DNA of 64,000 nucleotides from Malacoraja senta (taxonomy: Eukaryota). Position numbers and translations under genes: made by a program. How positions within the stretch are numbered: position 1 is the stretch's first letter; each line of letters opens with the position of its first letter. The stretch spans positions 4,094,001 through 4,158,000 of the forward strand of contig CM075993.1 in the NCBI GenBank assembly GCA_038087875.1. The letters run 5' to 3'. The notes below the pieces were generated by a model. It was not told where the DNA came from and did no database searches. It saw only the letters and a list, made by a program, of their open reading frames with translations. Positions 25,101 through 38,621 of this stretch are shown here, in pieces.

Positions 25101-26983
25101 AAGACCGCAAGGCGGTAGAGTTGCTGCTTTACCGCACTTACAGCACCGGAGACCCGGGTTCGATCCCGGCTACGGGTGCTGTCTGTACAGAGTTTGTACG
25201 TTCTCCCCGTGAGGGTCCACCCACACTCCAAATACGTACAGGTTTATAGGCTAATTTGCTTGTGATAAATGCAAATTGTCCCTAGTAGTGTGTGTAGGAT
25301 GGTGTTAGTGTGCGGAGATCGCTGGTCAGTGTGAACTTGGTGGGCCGAAGGGCCAGTTTCCACGCTGTATCTCTAAACTAAAGACACGTGGGTGGGTCGG
25401 ACGCTCCTCGTGTTAAATTGCCTGTAGTACTCAGGGGAGTGGTCGGAGAATGGGAGGGGGGGCGGATAAAATCTAATGGCTTGAGAAAAACAGGTTATAG
25501 CGAAGTGGAGGGATTAGCATCGATGGAAGGGTTTGAAATCATAGTTGTGGATTGAATGGCCTCCTATGTTGCAAGGACATATGAAATTGGGTGAGCGCTT
25601 TGCAGAACACCTCTGTTCAGTTTCTCCAGCATTTTTGTCTACCTCAGGAATTTCTTTCTCAGATTTAAAATACATTCATTTTCTCACTTTTCCAGCCGAC
25701 GATGACTCAAATATTCACCCCCTTTCTCCTCCTGCCAGCGGCTTCCCATTCGAATTAAGTGGTCTGGGTTGCATCCACAATTCTCTGCATAATTCCCGTA
25801 AATGCAGTTTTTCCTGCGTCTGTCTCTTTTGTGTGCCTCTGTCACCTAATCAGCATCCAGTACAGTGCAAAACAATGCGGAGATGATGCCGAGAAATAAT
25901 GCCACATGTTCAGATCCAGTTGCGAGTTCACCTCCCCCTCCACCTCCAATGTCCAACAACCCCCACCCCCCCTCCAAAAAGCACTTTTGGATTTCCAATC
26001 ATTGCTTCAGCTCTGCTTTTAACAGCCAAGATCCCAAGCTCTGGAATTCCATCCCCTGCTTCCTTCAAAAGACACATTGAAACTTCTGGCAAAGTGGCTC
26101 CAACTCAGATTAAGTGGTTCTTCCGTTGCTAAATCTAGGATTTAACCACGTTGGTGCCTGATAAAACTGCAACTCGCACTGAGACAGAGGTCACAATGAA
26201 TGTCCATTAAACCATTTACCACCACTCCCCCCACCCCACCCTCTCCAAACCAAAGGATCTTTCACTCTGCAGAAGGATTCCCAAATAATAAATATCTTGT
26301 CACCAGAGATAAATGAGTGACCTTTCAAAACGTTTATGAAGACATTCTCCAGATTACTCAGCAAATATTTCCATTAGCGACCATTCGCGCTGCCTGCCAA
26401 GATGAAGGCAAACCAGGGGACAAACAGTCCCCCCCCTGCTGATACTTTAAACAATTGCCTGGTCGCATTGCAAACACACCCTTTGAAAGATCATGTTGCA
26501 TTCTCATTACTCCCGGCCCCCACCCCCCCCCCCCCCTCACCGAGGTGAAAGGGAAAGACAAATCCAGATAAATGCAGAAGGACAAATTAAAATGTGTAGG
26601 AAGGAACTGCAGATGCTGGTTTAAACCAAAAGCGAGACACACAATGCTGGGGTAGCCCAGCGGATCAGGCAGCATCTCTGGAGAGAGGGAATGGGTGACG
26701 TTTCGGGGTCGATACCCTTCTTCAGACAAATCAAAATCTCCGAGTAGCTTTTAAAATAAAGCTGTACGGCCATCTTTCAAGTGGAGGCGCCCTTAACCCA
26801 TGTCACATTATCTCACCCTTGTCCCTTCGTTCTCTCTGCTCCCATCGGGCTGAAGATACAGAAGCATGAAGTGAGCACTATCAGAAGCAGGAACAGCTTC
26901 TTCCCCTCTGTTATCATTCTTCTGACAGGTCCTTCTATAAGCTGGGGTACTGCCCGATTCACCTCTGCCCCATTGTGGCCATT

Positions 26984-27525
26984 TAGGGTTGCCAACTGTC
27001 CCGTATATTGGGCTAAATTGGTTGTCCCGTACGCGACCGCCCTTGTCCCGTATTTGACTGCTACTACCCGGGTCGAGGGGACTGTCGGGTCGGAGCGCCA
27101 TGTCTGGCCCCGTCCCGACGTAGTGCAGCCCATGGAGTGCAGCAGCAGCAGCAGCGCCTCGCCCGTGGCCCCGTCGGTCGGTCGGCAGCCCGGCCAGCTG
27201 TCCGACCTTCGGACCTTCGCTTGCCGCCGACACCACCACCACCTTCTCATGGCCGATCATCGGTTCACGAGTTGGACGGGGTGCCGGACTTTGCATGCAC
27301 CAGAACACAAAGCCCAGCCGGCGGGCCAGCTGAGGAGTTTTGGCCTGGGCCGCGCGACGTCACACGCAAAGTCCGGCTGGGCTTTGTGTGTAGTCCAGCA
27401 CCCGGGCCAACTCATCGTTCACCCACCCAGCCACGGCCGAGTCGGTCAACGAATCGCCGTCAGGAATTAGTCCCGTATTTTGACCTTTTGTCCCTTATTT
27501 GGGAGTGAGAAAGTTGGCAACCCCA
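26984..27525. mobile_element. hAT-type non-autonomous DNA transposon inserted in a LINE tail
   Basis: TIR TAGGGTTGCCAACT / AGTTGGCAACCC; repeated subterminal TGTCCCGTA motifs; GC-rich core; degenerate 8-bp flanks. Confidence 0.7.
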
Positions 27526-29234
27526 CTGACATTGGACTTTGTCTATGGAACTGATGAGCTAAAATGTTAAGAACTATATCCTGCATTCTGTATCGTCCCC
27601 TTTGCTCTACCTATTGTACTGGAGTTCGGCTCGAGTGTATTTATGTACAGCATTATCTGATCTGATTGCATAGCACGGAAAACAAAGCTTTTCACGGAAC
27701 TTCGGTACATACAACAATAATAAACCAAAACCTAACAGTCCTGATGAAGTAATACAGATTAATTGAACCAAAAACACAGGACAAAACCCATCACCATGCT
27801 GAGGAAGAAAATACAAGGCAGGAGATTAATATCCTGTCAACAGCTCAATGTTAAGAAACAACTAAAGGATAAATGGGCGGCATGGTGGCAGGGCCAGAGG
27901 CCCAGGTTCAATCCTGACTACGGGTGCTGTCTGTACGGAGTTTGTACATTCTCCCCGTCACCTGCATGGGTTTTCCTCCGAGATCTTTGGTTTTCTCCCA
28001 CACTCCAAAGACGTACAGGTTTGTAGGTTAATTGGCTTGGTCATAAATGTAATGTTGTGCGTGTGTGTGTGTTAGTGTTAGCGTGTGCGTGTGTTAGTGT
28101 TAGTGTGTTAGTGTTAATGCACAGGGATCGCTGGTCAGTGCGAACTCGGTGGGCCAATGGGCTTGTTTCCACGCTACATCTCTAAACTAAAACTACACTC
28201 GAAAAAAGTTGAGTGAGTTCCACAAAAGAAAAAGGCCATTTCACTTGTGCAAGAAAACGCCCAATAATCTGGCACACTCAGAAGGTGCAAATTTCTGGAC
28301 AATTGGATGTTATTACTCCTAACATTTTAACACACTTATTTGTTTTTATTGAAGTTACACAGCAAATACTTCTGCAAACTGGACAAGTTTAAAGGGAGGT
28401 ACACAAAAATGCTGGAGAAACTCAGCGGGTGCAGCAGCATCTATGGAGCGAAGGAAATAGGCAACGTTTCGCGCCGAAACCCTTCTTCAGACTGTGTAGG
28501 ATGGTGTTAAGTTTAAAGGGAGCACGGGAGCCGTGCTTCCCGATCAGTGGGAAGGGAGTACATTATCATTGATCCAGTCGCTGAACCATTGGGATTTCGG
28601 AATAGCTTGATAGCAGATTAGTTTTATTGTAGTGGTTCCCATTAGGTTGATCCTCTCAATCCCAATTGTCCAATTCTCTTTTGGAAAAGGATAGTATCAC
28701 AGTTCTTAGCCTTCTAATTAACAGTTTGCAAAGTGCAGGACTAGGTAACCGTGCTGTCTTGGAATAATCGCATGAGACTTGTTGCAGAATATGGGCACAT
28801 GCATTGCTCCACTTTCGTGCAGAAGCCCATCAGTGTTTCCGCACAAATCGCGCTGGAGTAACTCAGCGGGTCGGGCACCATCGCTGGAGGACGTGCATGA
28901 GCGACGTTCCGGGTAGAGACCCTTCATCAGACTGGCACAGTTTACGTGCATCTGTAATACTAGACTAACTCAGTGCCAGAACAACTCAGCAGGCCAGGTA
29001 ACATTTGTGGAAGGAATGGACAGACCACGTTTCAGGTTGGGACCCTTCTTCGGATTCATTGCTTCACTGCTCAGAGTCACAAGACATACACTAAAAAAAT
29101 CTTGCTGCGCAAATAGTTGCTGCCTTACAGCGCTGGAGACCCAGGTTCGATCCCGACTATGTCTGTACGGAGTTTGTACGTTCTCCCCATGGGTTTTCTC
29201 CGAGATCTTCGGTTGCCTCCCGCACTCCAAGTTA

Positions 29235-29409
29235 AGGGCCTGTCCCACGTTCACGACCTCTGCCGAGTTTGCCCTTGACTCATACTCGCAGCATGGTCGT
29301 CACGAGGTCGTAATGCTAGTCGTAGGTACTCGTGGCATCAAGTAGGTCGGGGCGTTTTTTCACGAGTAAAAAAGGTCGTGAATTAGGTCGTGAAGGTGGG
29401 ACAGGCCCT
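29235..29409. mobile_element. PIF/Harbinger-type MITE inside a V-SINE
   Basis: TIR AGGGCCTGTCCCAC; TSD TTA; deleted relative of the 60263 copy. Confidence 0.85.
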
Positions 29410-30171
29410 TTAGACGTACAGGTTTGCAGGTTAATTGGCTTGACGTATGTGTAAAATTGTCCCCGATGGTGTTAATGTGCAGGGATCGCTGGTCGGTGCG
29501 GACTCAGTGGGCCGAAGGGCTTGTTTCCGCACTGTATCTCGAAACAAAACCATGCTAAATACAAAGTAGTACTATCAAACATAGTTTTACCGTCGTTGAT
29601 TGGACAAGCAATTGTTATAAGTGTCAGGCTTTGACACAACTCCCAAACTAGTATCTTAACTAGAATTAAAGGTGCTGACAAATTCATTGAACACTACGTT
29701 TGTGCCCAGCATAATGCCAAGATAAACTAATCTCATCTGCCAGCACTTTATCCATATCCCTCCATATCTAATGTGTGGGAAGGAATTACAGATACTGGTT
29801 TACACCAAAGATAAGACACAAAAAGCTGGAGTAACTCAGCGGGACGGGCAGCATCACTGGAGAGAAGGAATGGGTAGAGTCTGAGCAGGATCTCGACCCG
29901 AAACGTCTCCCGCTGAGTTGCTCCAGCACTTTGTGTCTCCCTCCATAGTTATGTGGCTATCTACAAGCCTCACAAACGCCACCACCTCTGGCAGCATGTT
30001 CAAGGCACCCACCGCCCTGTGTAAAAGAAAATTACCCCATGCGTCTCTTTTAAACTGTGCCCACCCCCCTCAACTTAAAGCTATGCACTCTAGTCTTCGA
30101 CATGTCCACCCTGGAAACTTCAGAGTTGGCCAACTAACAGGGACAATCCCACCAAACGTTGTGTACTTGGC

Positions 30172-30620
30172 GGTAGACAAAAATGCTGGAGAAACTTAGC
30201 GGGTGAGGCAGCGTCTATGGAGCGAAGGAATAGGCGACGTTTCGGGTCGAGACCCTTCTTCAGACTGATGTGAGGGGGGAGGTGGGGGGGAGAAAGAAGA
30301 AAGGAAGAGGTGGAGCCAGTGGGATGAGGGAGAGCTGAGAAGGGGAGGAGAAAGTAAGGACTACCTGAATGTTCATACCGCTGGGGTGTAAACTGCCCAA
30401 GTGGAATATGAGGTGCTGCTCATCCAATTTGCGGTGAGCCTCACTCTGGCCATGGAAGAGGAGGCCAGGAAAGAAAGGTCGGATTCGGAATGGGAGGGGG
30501 AGCTGGGCCACCGGGAGATCAGGTTGGTTATTGCGAACCGAGCGGAGGTGTTGAGCGAAGCGATCGCCAAGCCTACGCTTGGTCTCACCGATGTAGAGCA
30601 GCTGACATCTAGAGCAGCGG
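30172..30620 (-). mobile_element. Penelope-like 3' fragment (GIY-YIG plus HHR)
   Basis: RCSRCQLLYIGETKRRLGDRFAQH; HHR motif at 30236-30263. Confidence 0.85.
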
Positions 30621-33464
30621 CTCTTGGCTCCCATTTTCTCTGCACTCAATGCAATATTTTTGCGACCAGTTCAGCCAGTTGGAACTTTGGCAGAACACAT
30701 TTGCAGAAGTAACCTTTCCAGAGCACAGGGTACGCAGACTGGCTGTAGCCAGGCCAATTACAAATCCATTACCATATCCAATATTTGGCTTACACTGCAT
30801 AATTCTGGACCCTACATGATAAGTAAAAGCTGAAGTGGGACTTAACAAAAGATGAAAATAATTCGCAAGGTCAATTTCAGAGCAATTTCCAGAAAGGGAA
30901 AAATCTAAATTTGCAAAACAATGAAATTCTGAAGCAGTTTGATGTATAGTTACAGGAAAGTTTACTTCCATTAAACACTTCCTGCCTTCCCACCTGCCTT
31001 CCCAATAGGACAAAAATGCTCTTCGGGGTGCTCGAAAAAACATTAGTGCTGTGATACTAACAGAGGGAGTAGATTCATGAAGAAAACCCTACAGCCTCCA
31101 GACAGCATTCTTTGTATTTTAGCTTTTCCCAGAAGCAGCTTACCAGCAAATTCCACACAAAACCTCAATACAGCAACATGGATAAATGTTGATAAACTGA
31201 AACTGAAGAGTTTAAGAATAAGGGGTAAGCCATTTAGAACAGAGACAGGGAAACAATTTTTCTCACAGAGAGTTGTGAGTCTGTGGAATTCTCTGCCTCA
31301 GAGGGAGGCTGGTCCTCTGGATACTTTCAAGAGAGAGTTAGATAGGGCTCTTAAAGGTAGCGGAGTCAGGGGATGTGGGGAGAAGGCAGGAACGGGGTAC
31401 TGATTGGGGATGATCAGCCATGATCACATTGAATGGCGGTGCTGGCTCAAAGGGCTGAATGGCCTACTCCTGCACCTATTGTCTATTGAAGCCACTTTAG
31501 GAAGGTTAAATATTGTCACGTGCGGTGAAAAACTTTTGTTGCGTGCTAACCGGCCAAGGGTCTGACCCTTCTTCTGAAGAATGGCCCCGACCCAAAATGT
31601 CACCTATCCCTTTTCTCCAAAGATGCCATTTGACTCGCTGAGTTACTCCAGCATTTCTGTGCCTATCTTTGGTATAAACCAGCGTCTGCAGTTCCTTTTA
31701 TTTACGCATTTGGAATATTGCGTGTGCTTCTGGTCACCCCAATACAGGAAGGATGCGGAGGCTTTGAAGAGGATGCAGACGAGATGCTGCCTGAGCCGCT
31801 GAGTAACTCCAGTACTTTGTGTCTTCTCAAGCACACCGAGCTGTCGAGCCAAACATCCCATTGATTTGTAGGAAGGAACTGCAGGTGCTGGTTTAAACCG
31901 TAGACACATAATGCTGGAGTAACTCAGGGGGTCAGACAGCATCTCTGGAGAAAAGGACTAGGTGACGTCTGAAGAAGGGCCGCGACCCGAAACGTCACCT
32001 ATTCCTTTTCTCCAGAGATGCTGCCTGACCCGTTGAGTTACTCCAGCATTTTGTGTCTATCCCATTGATTTGTTACAGATGCATAATTCACACCCACAAC
32101 CCAAGTCCCGTTCCCCAGGGAGGGTATTGTAACTTCCAATTACATCTAACATTAGAAATGTCTTAAAAAACTCTGTCTGAGGAAGGGTCCTGACTAGGAA
32201 CATCATCAGTGATGCAGCGGTAGAGTTGCTGCCTTTTAGCACCAGAGACCCGGGTTCGATCCTGACTATGGGTGCTGTCTGTACCTTCTCCTGTGAGGGT
32301 GTGGGTTTTCTCCGGGAACGTCGGTTTCCTCCCACATTCCAAAGGCGGATAGGTTTGTAAGCTAATTGCCTTGGTAAAATGGTACATTGTCCCTATGCGT
32401 AGAATAGTGTTAATGTGCGGGGATCGCTGGCCGGCGCAGACTCGGTGGGCCGAAGGGCCTGTTTCTGCGCTGTATCTCTAAACTAAACTAAATCCATGTT
32501 CTCCAGGGATGCTGCCTGACCCGCTGAGTTACTCCAGCACTATGTGCCTCCCTTGATAAACCGGCATCTGCAGTTCCTTGTTTCTACATTCTAAAAAGCC
32601 CTTCACAGGAATGATCCCAAACAAATTTCTTCAGTGGAATCGCAAGGTTGGAGAATCATGAGCCAGAGACCATAGGTTTAAGGTGGGGGGGGGGGGGGAC
32701 AAGATGTAATGGGAACTTGAGGGGCAACTTTTCCACACAGAGGGTGGCGGGTATATCGAACGAGTTGCCAGAGGAGGTCTATAGGAAGGAACCGCAGATG
32801 CTGGTTTAAACCAAAGACAGACACAAAAAGCTGGAGTAACTCAGCAGGTCAGACAGCATCTCTGGAGAAAAGGACTAGGTGACGTTTCGGGTCAACACCC
32901 TTCTTCAGACCAGAGGAGGTCATTGAGGCAGATACTCTAACAACATCTAAACGCCAACTGGATCGGTAAATGGATAAGAAAGGTTTTGAGAGACATGGGC
33001 CAAAGGCGGGCAGGTGGGACTAGTGTAGATGGGGCATCTTGGTCAGCCTGGACCAGTTGGGCCGAAGGGCCAGTTTCCGTGCTGAATGATACTGCAACTG
33101 TAAGTGATATCAACATTTTAAAGGCAATTGGACCGGTAAATGGATAGGAAAGGTTTAGAGAGATATGGGCCTGTTTCCGTGCTGGATGATGCTATGATTC
33201 TAACATTTAAATGGCAATTGGTAGATAACCAGAAAATCAGTCTAAAGGAAACATCACTAAACATAAACTAAGTAGCAAAAAAAATGAAAAGGAGCGACCG
33301 CATCTACTAGCGGAGGGTGAGCAAGAGGCTGGAACTAGACCTCAAGTAGACCAGACAACTTATCTCCATGGGCTCCCCAGAACAAATATGTAGATAAGAA
33401 AAGATGGGTGCAAGAATTTGAACACAAGATGGATGAATAAAACACATTTATTTCCAGGCTACCA

Positions 33465-33858
33465 AACATTTTAATTCCCCTTCCCATTCCCACACCGACC
33501 TCTCTCCATTGTCAGTGAGGCCCAGCGCAAATTGGAGGCACAGCATCTGATATTTTGCTTGGGCAGCTCACAACCCAGTGGTGTGACTATTGATTTCTCT
33601 AACCTCAAGTTTCGGCCCGAAACGTTGCCTATTTCCTTCGCTCCATGGATGCTGCTGCACCCGCTGAGTTTCTCCAGCGTTTTTGTGTACCTGCATTCCA
33701 ACTCTCTCTCCATTCCCTCCCCCACCCAAGTCGTGCCAGCTTCATAGTTGTCTTTGTCGAGTCTCATTGTCTCTGCTCGTTCTCACCTAAGCCCCAGTAA
33801 CAATGAGCCGTTTCCTTTATCACCGTCACTTTTTTTTGCATATCTTTCATTCATTTGT

Positions 33859-33920
<62 letters not shown>

Positions 33921-34215
33921 ACAAATATATATAGGACAAATATATATAGGACAAATATATATAGGACATATATATATAGGACATATATAGGACAAATGAA
34001 TGAAAGATATATATATATATCTATCTATCTTTCTCTCTCTACACATCACCCTCTATATCTATCGTTTCCCTCCACCCCGACTCTCAGTCTGAAGAAGGGT
34101 TTCGGCCCGAAACGTTACCTATTTCCTTCGCTCCATAGATGCTGCTGCACCCGCTGAGTTTCTCCAGCACTTTTGTCTACCTTCGATTTTCCAGCATCTG
34201 CAGATCCTTCTTTAA
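33465..34215 (+). mobile_element. Penelope-like 3' fragment with internal (TA)n fold-back
   Basis: EAQHLIFCLGS..P.G...DFSN; HHR motif at 34089-34116. Confidence 0.75.
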
Positions 34216-34770
34216 CAACATGTTTGTGCTGTCCCGCTGAGTTCCTCCAGCATTTTTTGCAAGACTATTCGAAGACCTGCCGCACATTTTCACTACTGCA
34301 CAATTCACGAAACACAGAACAAGCCAAATTACAGCCACATAGCTCACGGTTTACCAGCAAATACATGGCTCGGGACCTTTGATTTAAATCGGAGAACGCA
34401 GACGAGGAGGGAGGGAGGGAGGGAGGTGAATCTCTAAAAAGGTTACATTTCCACTCCCGACTAAAACTGCACAGACTGAGCCTCCTCGGTTCAGTTTTCC
34501 CGTTGAACTGTGGAACAAGTTAACCCGAGATTGATCAAGAGACGCCAGAGGGTGAGAATCGAAAAGTTAAGAAAAAGTTAGAAAAACTCACACAAACTTT
34601 TGTGAAAGTTTGTCTCTTTACACACACAGAGAGAATCTCGACCTGCTGTGTTTTCGAGTTGATATATATCAGGTCGGGGTCCCTGGAATGTGCAGCCAGA
34701 AGAGATAGTCGTATAAATAATGAACTCCGCCACATAAAACCAAACTAACCAGCTTCTAACCTTCGCTTAC

Positions 34771-34963
34771 CTGTCGGTGTATCGTTGCTACATGCGGGCA
34801 CGGCCATTCCTGGCTCAGTGCTTTGATGCGGGCTTTTTTTTTTGGACGCCAATCGACTGGTCTGCCTGCCCAGTTTAAAGACAACAAAAAAAAGTTCTTG
34901 CAAAGTTATTTGTTATCTCGCAGATAGAGGGGGAATGGGCCCTGGAATGGGCCCTTTAATTGG
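34771..34963 (-). promoter_or_regulatory. Possible STRA6 promoter and non-coding first exon
   Basis: Unique DNA; on minus strand CCAAT (34959-34963), TTTAAA (34874-34879), then strong donor CAG|GTAAGC at 34770. Confidence 0.3.
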
Positions 34964-35156
34964 ATGTGAACACATGCCCAGGTGCACCGCCTCTTCCAAT
35001 GTTCACTCGCTGGAGAGGCTTGTGAAATTTTCAATGGACATTAGGGTAGACCAAACATTTCTTGGGTGTTCGCTCCCGCCCGCTCTCTTCATATAGATTG
35101 TTAAAATAACTCTGAAGTCAACAACTGCATTTTTTGTTTTGGCAGAAGATCTGGGA

Positions 35157-35520
35157 TAGAAACATAGAAACATAGAAATTAGGTGCAGGAGTAGGCCATT
35201 CGGCCCTTCGAGCCTGCATCGCCATTCAATATGATCATGGCTGATCATCCAACTCAGTATCCCGTACCTGCCTTCTCTCCATACCCTCTGATCCCTTTAG
35301 CCACAAGGGCCACAACTAACTCCCTCTTAAATATAGCCAATGAACTGGCCTCGACTACCCTCTGTGGCAGAGAGTTCCAGAGATTCACCACTCTCTGTGT
35401 GAAAACAGTTCTTCTCATCTCAGTTTTAAAGGATTTCCCCCTTATCCTTAAGCTGTGACCCCTTGTCCTGGACTTCCCCAACATCGGGAGCAATCTTCCT
35501 GCATCTAGCCTGTCCAACCC
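35157..35520 (-). mobile_element. CR1 LINE 3' fragment
   Basis: SRTRGHSLRIRG...FTQRVVNLWNSLP. Confidence 0.9.
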
Positions 35521-36298
35521 TTAAGGGATGTAGATGTGAGACGGGTTTATCAGCTTTCGGTTTTAACCCAAACTAGTATCTTATGTACAGTGTAAGAAAG
35601 AACTGCAGATGCTGGTTTAAATCAAAGGTAGACACAGCGATGACACAGGGTAGTATAGTAACTCAGCGGGACAGGCAGCATCTCTGGAGAGGAGGAATGG
35701 GACGAGGTTTCGGGTCGAGACCCTTCTTCAGATTGAGGAAGGGTCTGGATCCAAAACGTCGCCATTCCCTCTCTCCATAGATGCTGCCTCACCCGCTGAG
35801 TCACTCCAGCATTTTGTGACTACCTGCTTATGTGTAGTGAAGAAGGGTTCACCATACATGTATGTCTGAAGAAGGGTTTCGGCCAGAAACGTTGCCTATT
35901 TCCTTCGCTCCATAGATGCTGCCTCACCCGCTGAGTTTCTCCAGCATTTTTGTCTACCTATGTATAGAGATATGTACTGAACGGTATACAAAGATGAATT
36001 TCACTGAACCTCGATAAATGTGACAAATAAGGTACCATACCATACACTGAGTTATTCCAGCACTTTGGTTCTTTTTTAGTATAAGCCAGGCCCAGTTTGA
36101 CTTTGTTTAAGATAGACACAAAATGCTGGAGTAACTCAGTGGGACAGGCAGCATCTCTGGAGAGAATGAATGGGTAGGAAAGAACTGCAGATGCTGGTTT
36201 AAACTGAAGATAGACACAAAGTGCTGGAGTAACTCAGCGGGGCGAGATCCTTCTTAAAAACTTTTGTTACGTTGGTGAAAGGACAATATTTATCTTCC

Positions 36299-36426
36299 AG
36301 TCTGAAGAAGGGTTTCGGCCCGAAACGTTGCCTATTTTCTTCGCTCCATAGATGCTGCTGCACCCGCTGAGTTTCTCCAGCATTTTTGTGTACCTTCGAT
36401 TTTCCAGCATCTGCAGTTCCTTCTTA
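36299..36426 (+). mobile_element. Stand-alone ~128-bp Penelope terminal-repeat unit headed by a minimal hammerhead
   Basis: CTGAAGA-AGGGTTTCGGCCC-GAAACGTT at 36302-36329; TSD AATATTTATCTTCC (36285-36298 / 36427-36440). Confidence 0.85.
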
Positions 36427-37649
36427 AATATTTATCTTCCTCCCGTTATAACACGGAGGTACGCATAACACAGACATCAAATGCTCACAAACATAAATAC
36501 AGAGAAACCTACACACAAGCCTAGGCACAGAGATATGTGAACAGATACAACGTCGCAAACAGATAAAGTGTAGGAAAGAACTGCAGATGTTGGTTTAAAT
36601 CGAAGGTAGACACAAAATGCTGGAGTAACCCAGCGAGACAGGCGGCATCTCTGGATAGAAGGAACGGGTTGAGACCTTTCTTGAAGAATATCACCCATTC
36701 CTTCTCTCCAGAGATGCTGCCTGTCCCGCTGAGTTACACAAACAAATCAATATAGATACAAACATATTAATACTATATCGACATGCAACACAAACAAGTG
36801 TAAATACAAAAACTCACAGACCTATAAACAAATTTACTGAGACAAACTCAAACACAGTGAGCATAAAAGCAGACATCCAGGTACACACAAATGTTTATTA
36901 CTTATTTACTCCAGCATTTTGTGTCTATCTTTGTTTAAGCCAGCATCTGCAGTTCCTTCCTACACCTCTCGGTGACACAAGTGGCGTGGTGACGTCTGAA
37001 GGACCAAGGATGGAAGTGACAGTAATTGAAGGTTTAGTGCATCCCGCTGTGGTGGAAGGGCTCTCAGTTGCCAATGCCTAGTAGAGATTTTTTGGCAAAC
37101 TAGAAAGCTCCAAAGGTTTTGTCATGCTGTCTTGCAGATGATTGAAGATTCCGTCATTAATATACATTCACGATATTAAGGGTAACTAAGGGTGCCCAAT
37201 ATCCTAAAAGTAGTACAGATGGATAGTTTAATTAGTTTGTGTAGGTGAGTAAAATTATAAAAGGACTGGACAAGCTAGATGTAGGGAAATTTTTCCCAAT
37301 GTTGGGCGAGTCCAGAACCAGGGGCCACAGTCATCGAATAAAGGGGAGGCCATTCAAGACTGAGGTGAGAAAAAGCAGAGAGTTGTGAATTTAAGGAATT
37401 CCCTGCCACAGAGGGCAGTGGAGGCCAAATCACTGGATGGATTTAAGAGAGAGTTAGATAGAGCTCTAGGGGCTGGTGGAGTCAAGGGATATGGGGAGAA
37501 GGCAGGCACGGGTTACTGATTGGGGACAATCAGCCATGATCGCAATGAATGGCGGTGCTGGCTCGAAGGGCCGAATGGCCTCCTCCTGCACCTATTTTCT
37601 ATGTTTCTATGTTTCTATGAGAGGTAGAGCTCCAGGGTGGAGAACAAAT

Positions 37650-38161
37650 TATAGCCATAGAGGGAGTGCAGAGAAGGTTCACCAGACTGATTCCTGGGAT
37701 GTCAGGACTTTCATATGAAGAAAGACTGGATAGACTAGGCTTATACTCGCTAGAATTTAGGAGATTGAGAGGGGATCTTATAGAAACGTACACAATTCTT
37801 ATGGGGTTGGACAGGCTAGATGCAGGAAGATTGTTCCCGATGTTGGGAAGTCCAGGACAAGGGGTCACAGCTTAAGGATAAGGGGGAAATCCTTTAAGAC
37901 CGAGATGAGGGAAAACTTTTTCACACAGAGAGTGGTGAATCTCTGGAACTCTCTGCCACAGAGGGTAGTTGAGGCCAGTTCATTGGCTATATTTAAGAGG
38001 GAGTTAGATGTGGCCCTTGTGGCTAAAGGGATCAGGGGGTATGGAGAGAAGGCAGGTACGGGATACTGAGTTGGATGATCAGCCATGATCATATTGAATG
38101 GCGGTGCAGGCTCGAAGGGCCGAATGGCCTACTCCTGCACCTATTTTCTATGTATCTATGT
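37650..38161 (+). mobile_element. CR1 LINE 3' fragment, young subfamily
   Basis: Near-identical to the 5473-5945 and 35157-35520 copies. Confidence 0.92.
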
Positions 38162-38621
38162 AAATTGTGTTTGTGATTGAGTTAATGGGTGCTTAATGGC
38201 CACTCAGTGGGTTGAAGGGCCTGTTTCTAAGTTGTAAGGCCGTTGTAAGTTTTAAACTAGCAAAGCTAAAATCACAACGCAGCTTGTGTAAGAACACAGT
38301 TGGTCAGGCAGTATCTGGGGAAGGAATTGACGGGCCACGTTTTGGGTCAGGTCCCATCTTCAGACTCAGTGTCCAGTGTCCCGACACAAAACATCACCAG
38401 GTGCTGCCTGATCCACCGAGTACTTCCAGCACTCTGTGCTCTGTTAAAAAAAATCCAACATCTGCAATTCCTCGAGTCTCGAAAGATAAAACCACTTGCC
38501 TAAGTTTTAGATTAGTTCAGAGTTTAGCGATACAGCCTGGAAACAGGCGCTTCGGCCCACCGAGTTCAAGCTGACCACCGATCACCGATTCACTATAGTT
38601 CTACTTCCCATCCATTTGTCC

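Noticed and set aside
26781..27508. Overlapping long ORFs on both strands
   Set aside because: Explained by the stop-poor GC-rich core of the hAT MITE.
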